A stretch of DNA of 64,000 nucleotides from Hemiscyllium ocellatum (lineage: Eukaryota), in assembly GCF_020745735.1 (NCBI RefSeq), contig NC_083412.1:58866320-58930319 (forward strand). Reading direction: 5' to 3'. Shown here one piece after another: positions 13,836-25,826 of the stretch (position 1 is the first letter of the stretch; each line of letters starts with the position of its first letter). Both the position numbers and the translations under genes were made by a program. The notes under the pieces were generated by a model. That model saw only the letters and a list, made by a program, of their open reading frames with translations. It had not been told where the DNA came from and ran no database searches.

Positions 13836-13935
13836 GGGTTCTGAGGAAGGGTCATTGGAACCAAAACATTAACTCTCATTTCTCTCCATAGATGCTGCCA
13901 GACTTGCTAAGCTTTTCCAGTAATTGCTGTTTTTG
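13836..13935 (+). mobile_element. PLE terminal repeat (family 2) with HHR relic at 13836-13875
   Basis: GGGTT-CTGAGGA-A-GGGTC-ATTG-GAACC-AAAA-CATT-AACTC followed by ...ATAGATGCTGCCAGAC...TTTCCAGCATCTG. Confidence 0.65.
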
Positions 13936-14944
13936 TTGCTGATTTCCAGCATCTGTTGTTCTTTCAATTTTTATTTAGGTACCTTACTATCTTTGTAGTC
14001 ACAAGAGACCACAGTCTAGTCTGCTTTTACTTGCCTCTTTGCCCCTTTGTTATTTGTTGGAAATTTCTTTGCATCTCTAAGTGGGAAATTCTATGGGCTT
14101 CTCTCTCTGTAAGCAGCCACTTAATTTACAGCCATTTATGGCTGACTCAGCCCTCTTTTTAAAAAAGTGCATTTTTTTAGAATTACAAGCTCAAACTGTC
14201 CATAGTACTTCAGAGTGCTGACCTGTAGTTAGGACAGTGATAAATAGACATTAGAAGAACATCAATAAAAAGACTAATTCCACCATTGGTTTCAATGAGT
14301 GAGCACACAAAACGACATCACAAACATCTGTAACCAACTTATGTCAGGAAGAATACCTTTTCCAAAAAAAAAGTACAGTAGGGATTCACCACAATGATTC
14401 CTGGAATAGCAGGACTAAGCTGTGAGGAGAAATTGAGATATTTTAGTTTAGAAGGTTGAGAGGTAATTTTACTCGTTAACCCAGTGGGCTGTGGAATTTC
14501 ACATTTTGAGTAAGATCAATAGATTTCTAGATGTTAATGACATCAAAAGGGATTGGAGTTAGGGTGGGAAAATGGCTTTAAGGAACATGATGGGGCAGGA
14601 TCTAGAATGACTGAGCAAGCTCAAGGGACTGAATGGCCTCCTCTTGTTCCCATGTCCTTCCTAATTAAATAGATTCTTGGAAAATTAGGTTAGTTGTACT
14701 TGTCTGAAGTACTATAGTCAAACAAGATACTGTATTATGCCAGTAATACAATGTCAACCTTACGCTAAAGTGCAGTTTTGTTTCTTTAAAAGAAAATCTG
14801 TATTTTAACATATATTGGTTTTCTGTATGTATTCTGCTATGAAACATTACATTGAATCTGACGACATGAGAAAGGAATTCAGTTCATATTACATTTCAAA
14901 ATCTGTGAATTATCCCTTGAATTTGCTGTCTTTCTGTACCTTCT

Positions 14945-15515
14945 GGGAATTGGTTAGGCCATTTTTGGAATACTGTGCAATTCTGGTCTCCCTGCTGTAG
15001 GAGGAATGTTTGAGACATGAAAGGTTCAGAAAAGATTTAGAAGAATGTTGCCAGGGTTGGGGAATTTGAGCTGTAGAGAGAGGCTGAATAAACTAAGGCC
15101 ATTTTCCCTAGAGAGTCAAAGGCTGAGGGGTGACCTTATAGAAGTTTATAAAATCATAAGGGGGCATGGATAGGGTAAATAAGCAAAGTCTTTTCCCTGG
15201 GGTGGGGGAGTCCAGAACTAGAGGACATCGGATTAAGATGAGGAGGGAAAGATTTTAAAGGGACTTAAGGGGCAACTTTTTCACACGGAGGGTGGTGCAT
15301 ATATGGAATGAGCTGCCAGAGGAAGTGGTGGGGACTGGTACAATTACAACATTTAAAAGGCATCTGGATGGGTATATGAATATGAAGGGTTTAGAGGGAT
15401 ATGGGCCAAGTCCTGGCAAATGGGATTAGATTAATTTAGGATATCTGGTCAGCATGGACAAGTTGACCGAAGGGTCTGTTTCCATACTGTACGTCTCTGT
15501 GACCCTATGACCCTA
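14945..15515 (+). mobile_element. CR1 (HER1-like) 3' fragment
   Basis: LEYCA..WSP-type coding remnant, 3' UTR GGACAAGTTGACCGAAGGGTCTGTTTCC and (CTATGAC)n-like tail. Confidence 0.85.
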
Positions 15516-15854
15516 ATTAAAATGGCATTAATTGAACAGTGAGAGAACTAACGAAGAGTAAGATAACCTGATATTTTAATTCACTGATGCATAGAACTAA
15601 GACAATTACATGAAAGAACTGGATAAAAATTAATTTATACTAAAAGCATGAATGCAAAAATGATAAGATCATTAATGCCATGCGTTCATAACTACAGTAT
15701 CTTTGGTGTTCTTACATTATAAATCATGGATGAGTTTATATAACAAAACTAGTAGTTAGCTATTGACTGATTTCCATGGTATATCACCTTGAAACTAGAT
15801 GTTGCAAAGAAATACTGTGAAATTATTTTGACAGGCTGTCTTTTCCATTTCTAG

Positions 15855-16271
15855 CTTGTCTCTTGCAGCTTACTAAGCAAGTTACCACAATACATAGAAG
15901 GATCAATGACATCACTGAACTTGAATGTAAAATTTTAGCTCGAACTCAAAACGATTCTCAATTCTCAGTCACATGGCTCTTCAGTAAGACACAAGGACCA
16001 AACGTGAAAGGGAAAAATCTTCTGGAGATTGATCGTAATAATATTGTCCAGTATTATGGAGAATTGCTTACTAATTCTCAGAAGAAAATGAAATTTCAGG
16101 ATGAGAAGCCCTCTAGTGATGTGTACAAGTTAATGATACTGAAAACTGATATGAATGACAGTGGAAATTACTATTGCCATGTAACGGAGTGGCTTTTGGA
16201 TCCCAACAACATCTGGTATAAAGTGGGAGAGAATACATCAGCAATGACAATTGTCAAAGTGCATACAGCAG
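15855..16271 (+). CDS. CD101: Ig domain 6 exon
   Basis: Only frame-compatible acceptor is TTTCTAG|CT; donor GCAG|GTAAAC; 417 nt, phase 1-1. ELECKI...QFSVTW...DSGNYYCHVTEWLL. Confidence 0.93.
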
Positions 16272-16557
16272 GTAAACAAGTTTCCTACGTTTCTCATAAA
16301 CACTGCAGCACTAGAACAATCGACAATGTATTTGTTGAATGCTATGAGTTATGACAGAGTTAGATTCTTGTTTGGTAAGTGACTCAGAGGTCCTCCAGTG
16401 GAATTTGAAATTCAACCAGATCAACCATGGCATTTTTGAATGATAGCACAGTTTAAAGGACTGAATGGTCTACTTCTGCTCCATTTTGGATATGTTCTTA
16501 TTAGGCCTGCTTTTTAAAAAAAAAAATCCTGACCTCTGTCTCTTTCACCATTCATAT

Positions 16558-16910
16558 GAGCAGCACAGTGACTCCGTGGTTAGCACTGTTGCCTCACAGC
16601 ACCAGGGAATCTGGTTCGATTCCAGCCTCAGGCGACTGTGTGAAGTTTGCACATTCTCCGTGTCTGCGTGGGTTTCCTCTGGGTGCTCTAGTTTCTTCCC
16701 AAAGTTCAAAGATGTGCAGGTCAGGTGGATTAGTGATGCTAAATTGCTCTGCAGTGTCCAGGGATATGTAAATCAGGTATGTTAGCCATGTGAAATGCAT
16801 GGTTACAGGAATAGAGGTGGGGAATGGGGCCTGGGCAGGATGCTATTCGGAGAGTCGGTGTGGACTTATTGGGCTGAAATGCCTGTTTCCACATTCGAGG
16901 TGTTCTATGA
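16558..16910 (+). mobile_element. HE1/V-SINE
   Basis: Head GTGGTTAGCACTGTTGCCTCACAG, B-box-like GGTTCGATTCC, and shared tail. Confidence 0.88.
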
Positions 16911-18386
16911 ATCCTAGATGGCTGCAGCACTTTCAAAATATTGATGAAAAAACCGGTCTGCCAATGGACTCGATTTAATACTCTCCCACCACTACCGCAG
17001 CTAATTTCAGGCACCAACAGGCCGAGGATAGTTGTATAGATGTTTATTTTTATTCAATCTGATTGGATATGTGATAACACACTCTGGGGCAAGTGGAACT
17101 TGAACTCAACCTTCTGGTCCACTCTGGATAGTAGTACATGGCTTGCTCAAGGTCATATAATGAGTGCCTATCCCTCTTTCTTAGACTTCAATCGCTTGAG
17201 CGATGAGAAAATCAGATGAGTTCATGGCTTAAATGAAAAGTTGTAAATTTATGTTTGGGCCCTTCCATCTCCTTTAAATTTAGGCTCACATAGTGCTGTA
17301 GAGTGGCACACTCCTGCTTGCTCACATAGCTCCTGTCAGTCTGTGCTGCATAAATAATAGTCACTGCTCCACTTTCTAGAGTCAGAGATTACATAACATC
17401 ATAGTGGTAGACAAGGGACTCACCCTGATTGTTCTGTGGTTTTTTATTAATCCAAGCTTAGATCCTTAAAAGATTAAAGTTTTGGAATAACTTAAAGGAA
17501 AATTATTTGATTGCTTTATTCTCAAAGTATACACCAGTAAACTCTTGGTGTTCATTAACTGTGTTATATCAAACATTGTAGACTAATTTTCAAATGTGGG
17601 AAATGGAACTCTCTGATAAATTAAGAGAAATAAAGACAAATCCTGCCAGTCTTATAGCAGTTGCAGAAAAAGACTTGGCGGGGGACAGTGGGGGCTGGAG
17701 GGGGGTGGTGAATAACCAATTATAGTGTTTAAAGATTAACTGGGCATTATAGAAGTGAAACAGGATTAGAAGTAACCAAATATTGTGCATATGATTCAAA
17801 AAGGAGAGATATCTGAGTCTGACAACTACAGTCCAAAAGACTTACATTGGTACCAAGTAAAATATTGACAATGATACTATAAAATTGGATATACACTGCA
17901 CAATAATGTCCAACGAAATTGCAAATCTCTTATATATTGTCTATTACAAGCTGACAAAGTGGTATTGGGTCATTTTCATGAACTGCTACAGCCTTGTGGT
18001 GGTGGTGACTGCAATATAGTGCTACAATGGGAATTTCTATGACTTTGAATCAGTGACAGTGAAATGTACATTCAAGTTAGTCCTTACATTATAACTTAGA
18101 AAGAGAAATTTCTGTAATGAAAATCCTTTTAAACCTCCTTGATGATGTTACAAATAAATGGTGAAACGTTTGCAATATCATTAACTTCGCTTTTTCAGAA
18201 GACCTTTAAAGTTTGACTTGGAGGAATTCATTAAATTAAACAAAATTCACTGGAGTCTAGGAGCGAATGGAACTTAAAGGAATTGAATTAAAAGGCCAGA
18301 TTTAATTATGGGAAACATAGTCCGAGTGTGGGGATAACAGGTAGAATCCGTGTTAATGACCCTATCATTGTTGTTGAAGTTTGACC

Positions 18387-18596
18387 TGAAAATGTGTTGC
18401 TGGAAAAGCGCAGTAGGTCAGGCAGCATCCAAGGAACAGGAAATTCAACGTTTCGGGCACAAGCCCTACATCAGGAAGGGCTTGTGCCCGAAACGTCGAA
18501 TTTCCTGTTCCTTGGATGCTGCCTGACCTGCTGCGCTTTTCCAGCAACACATTTTCAGCTCTGATCTCCAGCATCTGCAGACCTCACTTTTTCCTC
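18387..18596. mobile_element. Inverted dimer of PLE pLTR (family 1) with 14-bp TSD
   Basis: GTTGAAGTTTGACC at 18373-18386 and 18597-18610; arms are near-perfect reverse complements. Confidence 0.9.
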
Positions 18597-19554
18597 GTTG
18601 AAGTTTGACCCCTTGTTATGACATTAGTGGCCAGAATACAAAAGCACTTGTTCAAAGTTCAGGTGACAAAAACATATCGAACATTTCAAGAATGAAAGAA
18701 GAAGTGTTTCAGTTTGGCAAGAGATTGCCCACACAATCTGTGGAGGAAATCTAATGCAGATAAAGGCAAATTAATTTACATTGTTTAAAAGGAATGAGAA
18801 GCACGTAACATAACAAAGGAAGTAGCACAGGGACATTGTGTAAAGGCTCTGTATCATTTGTAGACTCAGCACTGACCCTGTTGATACAATGTGGAGAAAC
18901 ACTAAAAAGAATGCACAAAAATATAGAATACACAGCAGAATAGTGGAATATTAATTTTCATTGGTTATGTTGAATGTTTTAACTCACTGTCCAGGTCTCG
19001 GGGGGATATTAACTCTGAATTATAAGATTCCACCTACTAAGCTAAATCCGTTCTTCAAATTCTTTCACAGGCTGTGATTGGCTAGGGCAGCATTTAGTGT
19101 TCATTCCTCATTGCCTTTGAGAAGGTTGTTGTGATCCATCTTCTTGAATTGCAATTGTCCGAGCACATCCACAATGCTGTTAGCAAGAGGGTTCGAGGAT
19201 TTTGACCCAGTGCCTGGGAAGAGGCGGTGGTATATTTGGATGGGAAATTGCTGGTTATGTTCCCATGTATCTGTTGTCCTTGTCTTTCTCAGTTAATAGA
19301 GGTTACAGAATTTCATTTTGAAAGTTCTGCCAAAGGAGCCTTGGTGAGTTGCAATAGTGCATCTTGTCATGCAGATCTAAATTTACTATTTCCTACAATC
19401 GTTCTACTCTCTTTAAACTTAATAGCATACTTTTACAGAAGCCTGAACACACGCATCAGCCGGTTTCGTAACAGTTTCTACCCTACTGTTGTTAGAATAC
19501 TGAATGGACTCTCAAACACTTAATGTTCGCCTGTACCAGTGTTTTTGTTTTTGC

Positions 19555-19683
19555 GTAAAAAGTGAGGTCTACAGATGCTGGAGATCAGAGCTGAAAATGT
19601 GTTGCTGGTTAAAGAGCAGCAGGTCAGGCAGCATCCAAGGAACAGGAAATTCGACGTTTCGGGCAAAAGCCCTTCATCAGGAA
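19555..19683 (-). mobile_element. Solo PLE pLTR (family 1) with 15-bp TSD
   Basis: TGTTTTTGTTTTTGC at 19540-19554 and 19684-19698. Confidence 0.9.
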
Positions 19684-19684
19684 T
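19649..19684 (-). ncRNA. Minimal type I hammerhead ribozyme, intact
   Basis: AUUC-CUGAUGA-A-GGGC-UUUU-GCCC-GAAA-CGUC-GAAU: full core, 4-bp stems I and II, GUC cleavage triplet. Confidence 0.85.
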
Positions 19685-21464
19685 GTTTTTGTTTTTGCCA
19701 CTGTTTACCTAATATTTACTATGTGAGCTGCCTCTATTGCTCGCAAGACAAAGCTTTTTACTGTGCCTTGGTACACGTGACAATAACTTCAATTCAATAT
19801 TATACACTGGTGACACTATATGAATGTTTAAGGCAGCTAATGGGGTGCCAGTCAAGTGGGCTGAATTGTCCTGGATTGTGTCAACTATTTGTGTTGTTGG
19901 AAAAGACCTCATCTAGACAAGTGGAGAATGTTCCAACTGTCTCCAGACTTGTGCTTTGTAGATGGTGGACAGGCATTAAGGAGGTACGACAAGAAGAATT
20001 CTATGGTGAATAACCAGAATCTGACCTGCTGTTGTAGCCATTGCATTATGCAGCTGGTCCAGTTCAGTTTCTGGTCAGTGGTAACCTCTAGGATGGTGGG
20101 GGATTCAGTGATAGTGATACCATTGAATGTTATAGGAGTGATGGTTCTTGTAGAACTCAATAACTGCCAGGCATTGTAAAGAATGAATGCACTTGCCACA
20201 TATTAGCTCGATGTTGCTCAGGTCTAGTTGTATATAGACAACAGATTATTTTAGTACCTGAGGAGTGGTGAGTGGTGTTGAACATTGCTCAATCATCAGT
20301 GAACATTCCAAGTTGTGTCCTCCAACAATTATAACTATCTTTTATTGATCTAGATATGACTCCAACCAGCAAAGGGTATTTTGTTGCACCTGCCCCGCTC
20401 TGCCCCACCAGCTCCTATTGATTCTAATTTTGCTGAGGTCCTTGATGCCATACTCGGTTAAATGTGGCCTTGATATTAAGAGAAGTCATTCTCGCCTCTC
20501 CTCGAGGGTTCAGCTATTTAGTCCATGTTTTCATCAAGGCTGCAATGAGACCAGGAGCTGAATGACGCTGATGAAGACCAAGCTGAGTGTTATGTTATTA
20601 CTCAGCAAGAGCGAATTGAAGCTCTGTTGATGACTCATTCCATCACTTAATTGATGATTGTACAGAGTGATGGGCAGTCATTGGCCCACCTCAACACTGG
20701 TTAGTAGGATCAGAAAATCTTACATGGCTGTTTTGATGTGTGAGCATTTTTGAACAAACCATTTCAAATGGCCGAGGAAGCTTAATGGCAGAAATTCTCA
20801 ACTTGATTAGCATTAAATATTTATTTAAATTTGATCCACAAAAAAGCAAACCACATGATTCATCCCTACTTGCAATGCAAGGGTAGCAGTGGAACCATTT
20901 GAATCATTGGCAACAATGCAATGATGTTGCAGCTCTGATGATATTACATGAGGATTATGTAGTAATAACGAGGGGATGAGGTATGTGTCTGGGTCAGCAT
21001 GTGTGTGACTTGAAGGGAAATTTTTTGATGATTATGTAGCTATGTCATTGCTGCACTTGCTTAGAGCAGTGCTCATAAAGCTGTAAAAATTATGGAATTT
21101 CTTATCTGTATGCATCTAGATATGGAGGATCTTCTGGCTGTTCATACCTTTTGCATTTGCAGGAAAATTGAACATTCAGCCTCAATAGGTCTTTCCTCCT
21201 CTTGAAACACATTTTACAGCAGGCTGATCAATGTTCAATTTAGTCTATGTTGGTGCATCTGTCACATAAATTGTACTCCTAATGTCATGTGCCCATATTC
21301 AACAGAAACTAACTCTCTAGTAAGATTAAGAAGGAATTCTAGAATCTGTATTGTGCTTGTGATCTTTAAATGTTAGTGAACTCACTAGACTAATGATGCT
21401 TAATGAAAGCCTGTATCAAATTGAAAAATCAAACAGAAATCCTGAGATTGTGGAAATATTTTAA

Positions 21465-22195
21465 AGCACTACTTAATGGTAAGGTCCTGGGGAGTGTTGC
21501 TGAATAAAGAGTGCAAGTTTATAGTTCCTTGTAAGTGGATTCATAGGTAAATAGGATAGTGAAGAAGGTATTTGGAATGCCTGCCTTTATTGGTCAAAAT
21601 ATTGAGTATTGGAGTTTGGAGGTCATGTTGTGGCTGTATAGGACATTGGTTAGGTCGGTTTTGGAGTACTATGTGCCACTCTGGCCTCCCTCCTATAGGA
21701 AACTTGAAAGGGTTCAGGAAAGGTTTCAAAGGATATTGCCAGGATTGGAGGGTTTGAGGTATAAGGAGAGGCTGAATAGGCTGGAGCTGTTTTTCTCTGG
21801 AGCATCAGATGCTGAGGGGTGACCTTATAGAGATTTATAAAATCATGAGGGGAATGGATAGGGTATATAGGCAAAGTCTTTTCCCCTGAGTTGTGTGTCC
21901 AAAACTAGAGGGCATAGGTTTAAGGTGAGAGGGAAAAGATATAAAGGGGACCTAAAGGACAACTTTTTTTCACACAGAGGGTGTTGTGTGTATGGGCTGA
22001 GCTGTCAGAGGAGTGGTTGAAGCTGGTACAATTACAACATTTAAAAGGCATCTGGATGGGTATATGAATAGGAAAGGTTTAGAGAGGTATGGGCCAAATG
22101 CTGGCAAATAGGACTAGATTAATTTAAGGTATCTGGTTGTCATGGATGAGTTGGACTGAAAGGTCTGTTTCCATGCTGTATATCTCTAGACTATA
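21465..22195 (+). mobile_element. CR1 (HER1-like) 3' fragment
   Basis: LYRTLVRSVLEYYVPLWPP..KLERVQERF; 3' UTR shared with 14945-15515. Confidence 0.88.
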
Positions 22196-22428
22196 ACTGG
22201 CAACTGTGGTGTCTTTCATATCTTGACTAAAGTCAAATGGCAAAGTAAAACTTGTGCAGTGATAGCTTGATCAACAAATCTTCAAGATAGAATTTGTAAT
22301 TAATCCCTGAAGAAAACAATATTATAGTTTATTGGGCACATTCTCTCTGAATTCAATGCCAATATGCACTGTGATTCTTCTCACATCCAAGCAAATTTCA
22401 TGTTTTTTGTCTCGTATTATTTCTGCAG

Positions 22429-22845
22429 ATGTAAACCTACAACTCAGTAACAATAACGTAACTCTATTAGGCAATGAGAATGCTGCTGTTGAACTTGAAT
22501 GCCAGATCATCAACCAGACACAGAGACAATCACAATTTTCAGTCACATGGTATTTCCAGAATGCTGACAATCCAGACACCAAGGAGACAGCACTTCTCAA
22601 AACTGATCAAAATAATATCCTGCAATACTTTGGAGACCTGCCGATAGATCCTCAGAAAATGATGAAATTCCAAAATATCAAAACCTCCAGTAACACCTAC
22701 AAGTTGATAATACAGAAGGTAGTGCGGAGTGACAGTGGTGTTTACTTCTGTGATGTGGAAGAATGGGTGTCTGCCCCCCAGGATGAATGGGTTATACAAG
22801 GACATGCTCGCTCTGGATCAACAGTTCTTCAAGTTCAGATACCAG
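22429..22845 (+). CDS. CD101: Ig domain 7 exon
   Basis: Acceptor TTCTGCAG|AT, donor CCAG|GTAATG, 417 nt, phase 1-1. ELECQI...QFSVTW...DSGVYFCDVEEWV. Confidence 0.94.
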
Positions 22846-25526
22846 GTAATGAAATATTGACCGTTTTCTTTCTTTTCACTGACATTTGACTCAAACACAG
22901 CCTTCAGAAAGAGGAGTTACTTCTGATAATGTGTGTGAGACTATTATCTTTATATCTCTGTAATTCAAGTTGACAGCTGGTATGTAGAGAGGAAGTGAAA
23001 GTTTTCGTTCTGAGACTTGACAAGTAAACTGCAGTAAATGCCAATATAATCTGGTCAGAATGCAAATTGGTGGTAGTAAATTGCCACAGTAATTGCCAAT
23101 GTTATATACATTGAGGAACTTAGAAGAAAACTGCCTTTCATCTCAGGGATTTAGGTGCTAATTTTGCCCAACTTCTGAAGATTTAAAATTCCCCTGCCTT
23201 CTGCTTATAAAGGCCGTACATTAAGTCATTCAGGCAAGCTCAGTTCAGTTCTTAGTGTCTGCATGCTCAAAGTACACAACTTCTCACGCATACAAACATA
23301 CAAATTAGAAACATGAGTAGGACTTTTGGCATTTGAGCTTGCACTACCATTTGATAAGATCAATGCAGATAAGATTGTAGTCTAAACTCTACTTTCGTTC
23401 CTATACCTTAATTTGTGGCTAATTGACTTTAACTCGGTAATCTTGCTCTGACAACAGAAAAAGAGTGTTATACTCTATTGTTTTAGTTCTGAGGTCAAAC
23501 TAAAATCACTTTTGGAAAAAAGAATAAGGTGTGGTACGTACTCCTGACTGTAATGTACTTGAATTGAAAGTGAAACCCAGGTTTTAAATTGAGTTTGGAT
23601 ACATGATTTGAAATTTTATCTGTCACCTCAGAAATCTGATTATTTGAACTCCCGAGTCTCATTTAAATCTCACTGGCCAACTTACAACCTATAATTGTCA
23701 GGGAGCCAATGGGAAACACAGAAAATCAAGCACCTCCTGCCCAACACAAGGTAGCTGCTATTACCTGGATTTGGCCTTGTGGACTGTGCTCCAGGATATC
23801 ACATGGTTGGAACGTGGGGGAGGGTAATGCTGTTGGGAGAGCTGCCCATGTAAGTGAGAGGCCTAAGTGTTCTCTGTGGGCTCGAGAGGAGCACAATTGC
23901 TACTCATAGCCACAAAGGGAAGAAAAAAAAATCTTAGCTGTTCTATTAGTCACAACTCTTCCTCCCCCATACCTTCTCTGATGAGAAAGCTGCAGTAGCT
24001 ACTTTCTTTAGCACCTCACAGTTTTCTGAAAGATAAATGAAATGGTTGTTTCTGTTAATCTGCCTGTTTTTATTTTGGTCAGTTAATGTTAAAATTACCC
24101 ATGGAAACTTCAGTCCAACAAGTTCACAATTGAGATTGGCTTTCAGTTGGCAGTCTGTTTTGGAAGGTGCAGGCTTCCTGGGTTTTGTCAGTCACACCAG
24201 CTTCGGTTGACGTTTTATGACATGATGGTGGCTCAGAGGATTTAGGTTTCAAGGATGTAGGTCTCTAAAATGTGTGCATTTTCCTTTCCCTCTTCCTTTA
24301 CTCACCATCTTTCAATGGAAAAATCCAAATAAATATGCTGGCAGAGCAATCAGCATTGTCATCAGCAGAAAAATGTATTTTCATAACAAAAATGAAGGAC
24401 ATGCACAATGTCTCCTTTATAATTGATACTTTTTATTAAGTACATTTGATTAGAGAAAGATATTGAGGTCGGAATCTTGAGGTGAGAGGTAGAACCACCT
24501 ATCAGACAAAAATGAGCATTCTCTCACATTTTCTCTCAAACACCGGCGCGTTGCTATTAAAGTCAGTTCAGGTAAAGGGCAGGATTCAAATTTGGGGAAT
24601 CTCTGAATCCTATAGGAATGTAACAAACATTGAAAGGAAATAAAGATTATGCATGATAAGAAACTTATTTTCAGGGTCAATCACAGCAAGAACAACAATA
24701 TAAATTGTGAGCACCAATGCCAAGGTCATTGACTTTTTACCCATCTTTATTGTCCTTGAAAAGCTGAAACAAGTCCATACCCCAAATAATAACAATGTCT
24801 AACTTCAGAAGCATTTAATTGGTTGTTCAATGTGTTCTGAAGTTCTGAAATGATGCAGAATGTAATAATAATACAAATTATTACTTTGTTGGTGTTAAAG
24901 TCGTTAATCTTAACTCAAGTTCCATGAATGCCACAGCACTTTCTTCAACAGTCTTACGCGTTAATGCAATAACTAAGATATTGATTAAATAACTGCTATT
25001 TTTGCAAAACAATTATGAATTGAAAAAAGTAGCCTTTAAAAAATTTTACTAAAATCATAAACTTTTCAAATGAATGCAAAATAACAAGTGAATATTTTCT
25101 TTATTTACATCTGGAGTTCATTGTCATTCCATTGGAGCATAGCCATATTCCTTACTCTTCTCATTCCCAGTGGTGCATGAGGCCAACAAAGCACATAGTT
25201 ACTTATACTTCCCTGGCTGGAATTTTCAGGAAAAGGCCAGTGGCCTGCTATCAGAAGCTATGTCTTGAGAAGCACCAGCATCTAGCTGAGCAAGAGATTG
25301 TCCTGCTCTTATTGACTGCCTTAATCGTATTAACTTAATAACTTACAGGTTGACCATCTAGGTTATCAAGTCCTGAAATGGAGCTTGAACCTGGGTTCCT
25401 GGCCCAGAGGCAGAGCTGGTACCTATTACGCAACAAGATCTCCCCACATGTTACTGACTAACCATTTATTTTGTACTGATGTTGAAATGCAGTCAACATT
25501 TAGATTGCACCAGGGTCTCAAAAATG

Positions 25527-25826
25527 GGGAGGCACGGTGGCTCAGTGGTTAGCACTGCTGCCTCACAGCAACAGGGTCCTGGGTTCGATCCCAGCCTTGT
25601 GTCTGTCTGTGTGGAGTTTGCACATTCTCCCCGTGTTGTGTGGGTTTCCTCCCACAGTCACAAAGATGTGCAGGTGAGGTGAATTAGCCATGTTAAATTG
25701 CCGATCGTGCTAGGTGCATTAGTCATAGGGAAATGGGTCTGGGTGGGTTACTCTTCGGAGGGTCGGTGTGGACTGGTTGGCCGAAGGGCCTGTTTCCACG
25801 TTGTAGGGATTCTAATCTAATCTAAA
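25527..25826 (+). mobile_element. HE1/V-SINE
   Basis: A box TGGCTCAGTGG at 25538-25548, B box GGTTCGATCCC at 25582-25592, (TCTAA)n tail. Confidence 0.92.

Larger units (their letters stand above)
19430..19800 (+). mobile_element. Rex1/Babar- or L2-like LINE 3' end (host of the pLTR at 19555)
   Basis: Encodes NTRISRFRNSFYPTVVRILNGL*, a typical ORF2 C-terminal motif; ends in a TTCAATTCAAT tail. Confidence 0.6.
19065..20700 (-). mobile_element. L2/CR1-group LINE fragment interrupted by nested insertions
   Basis: Minus ORF pieces TFNGITITESPTILEVTTDQKLNWTS and VDTIQD; 3' end near 19065. Confidence 0.75.

Noticed and set aside
24610-24795. Minus-strand ORF with a transmembrane-like stretch
   Set aside because: Short, AT-rich, no recognisable family and no convincing splice context.
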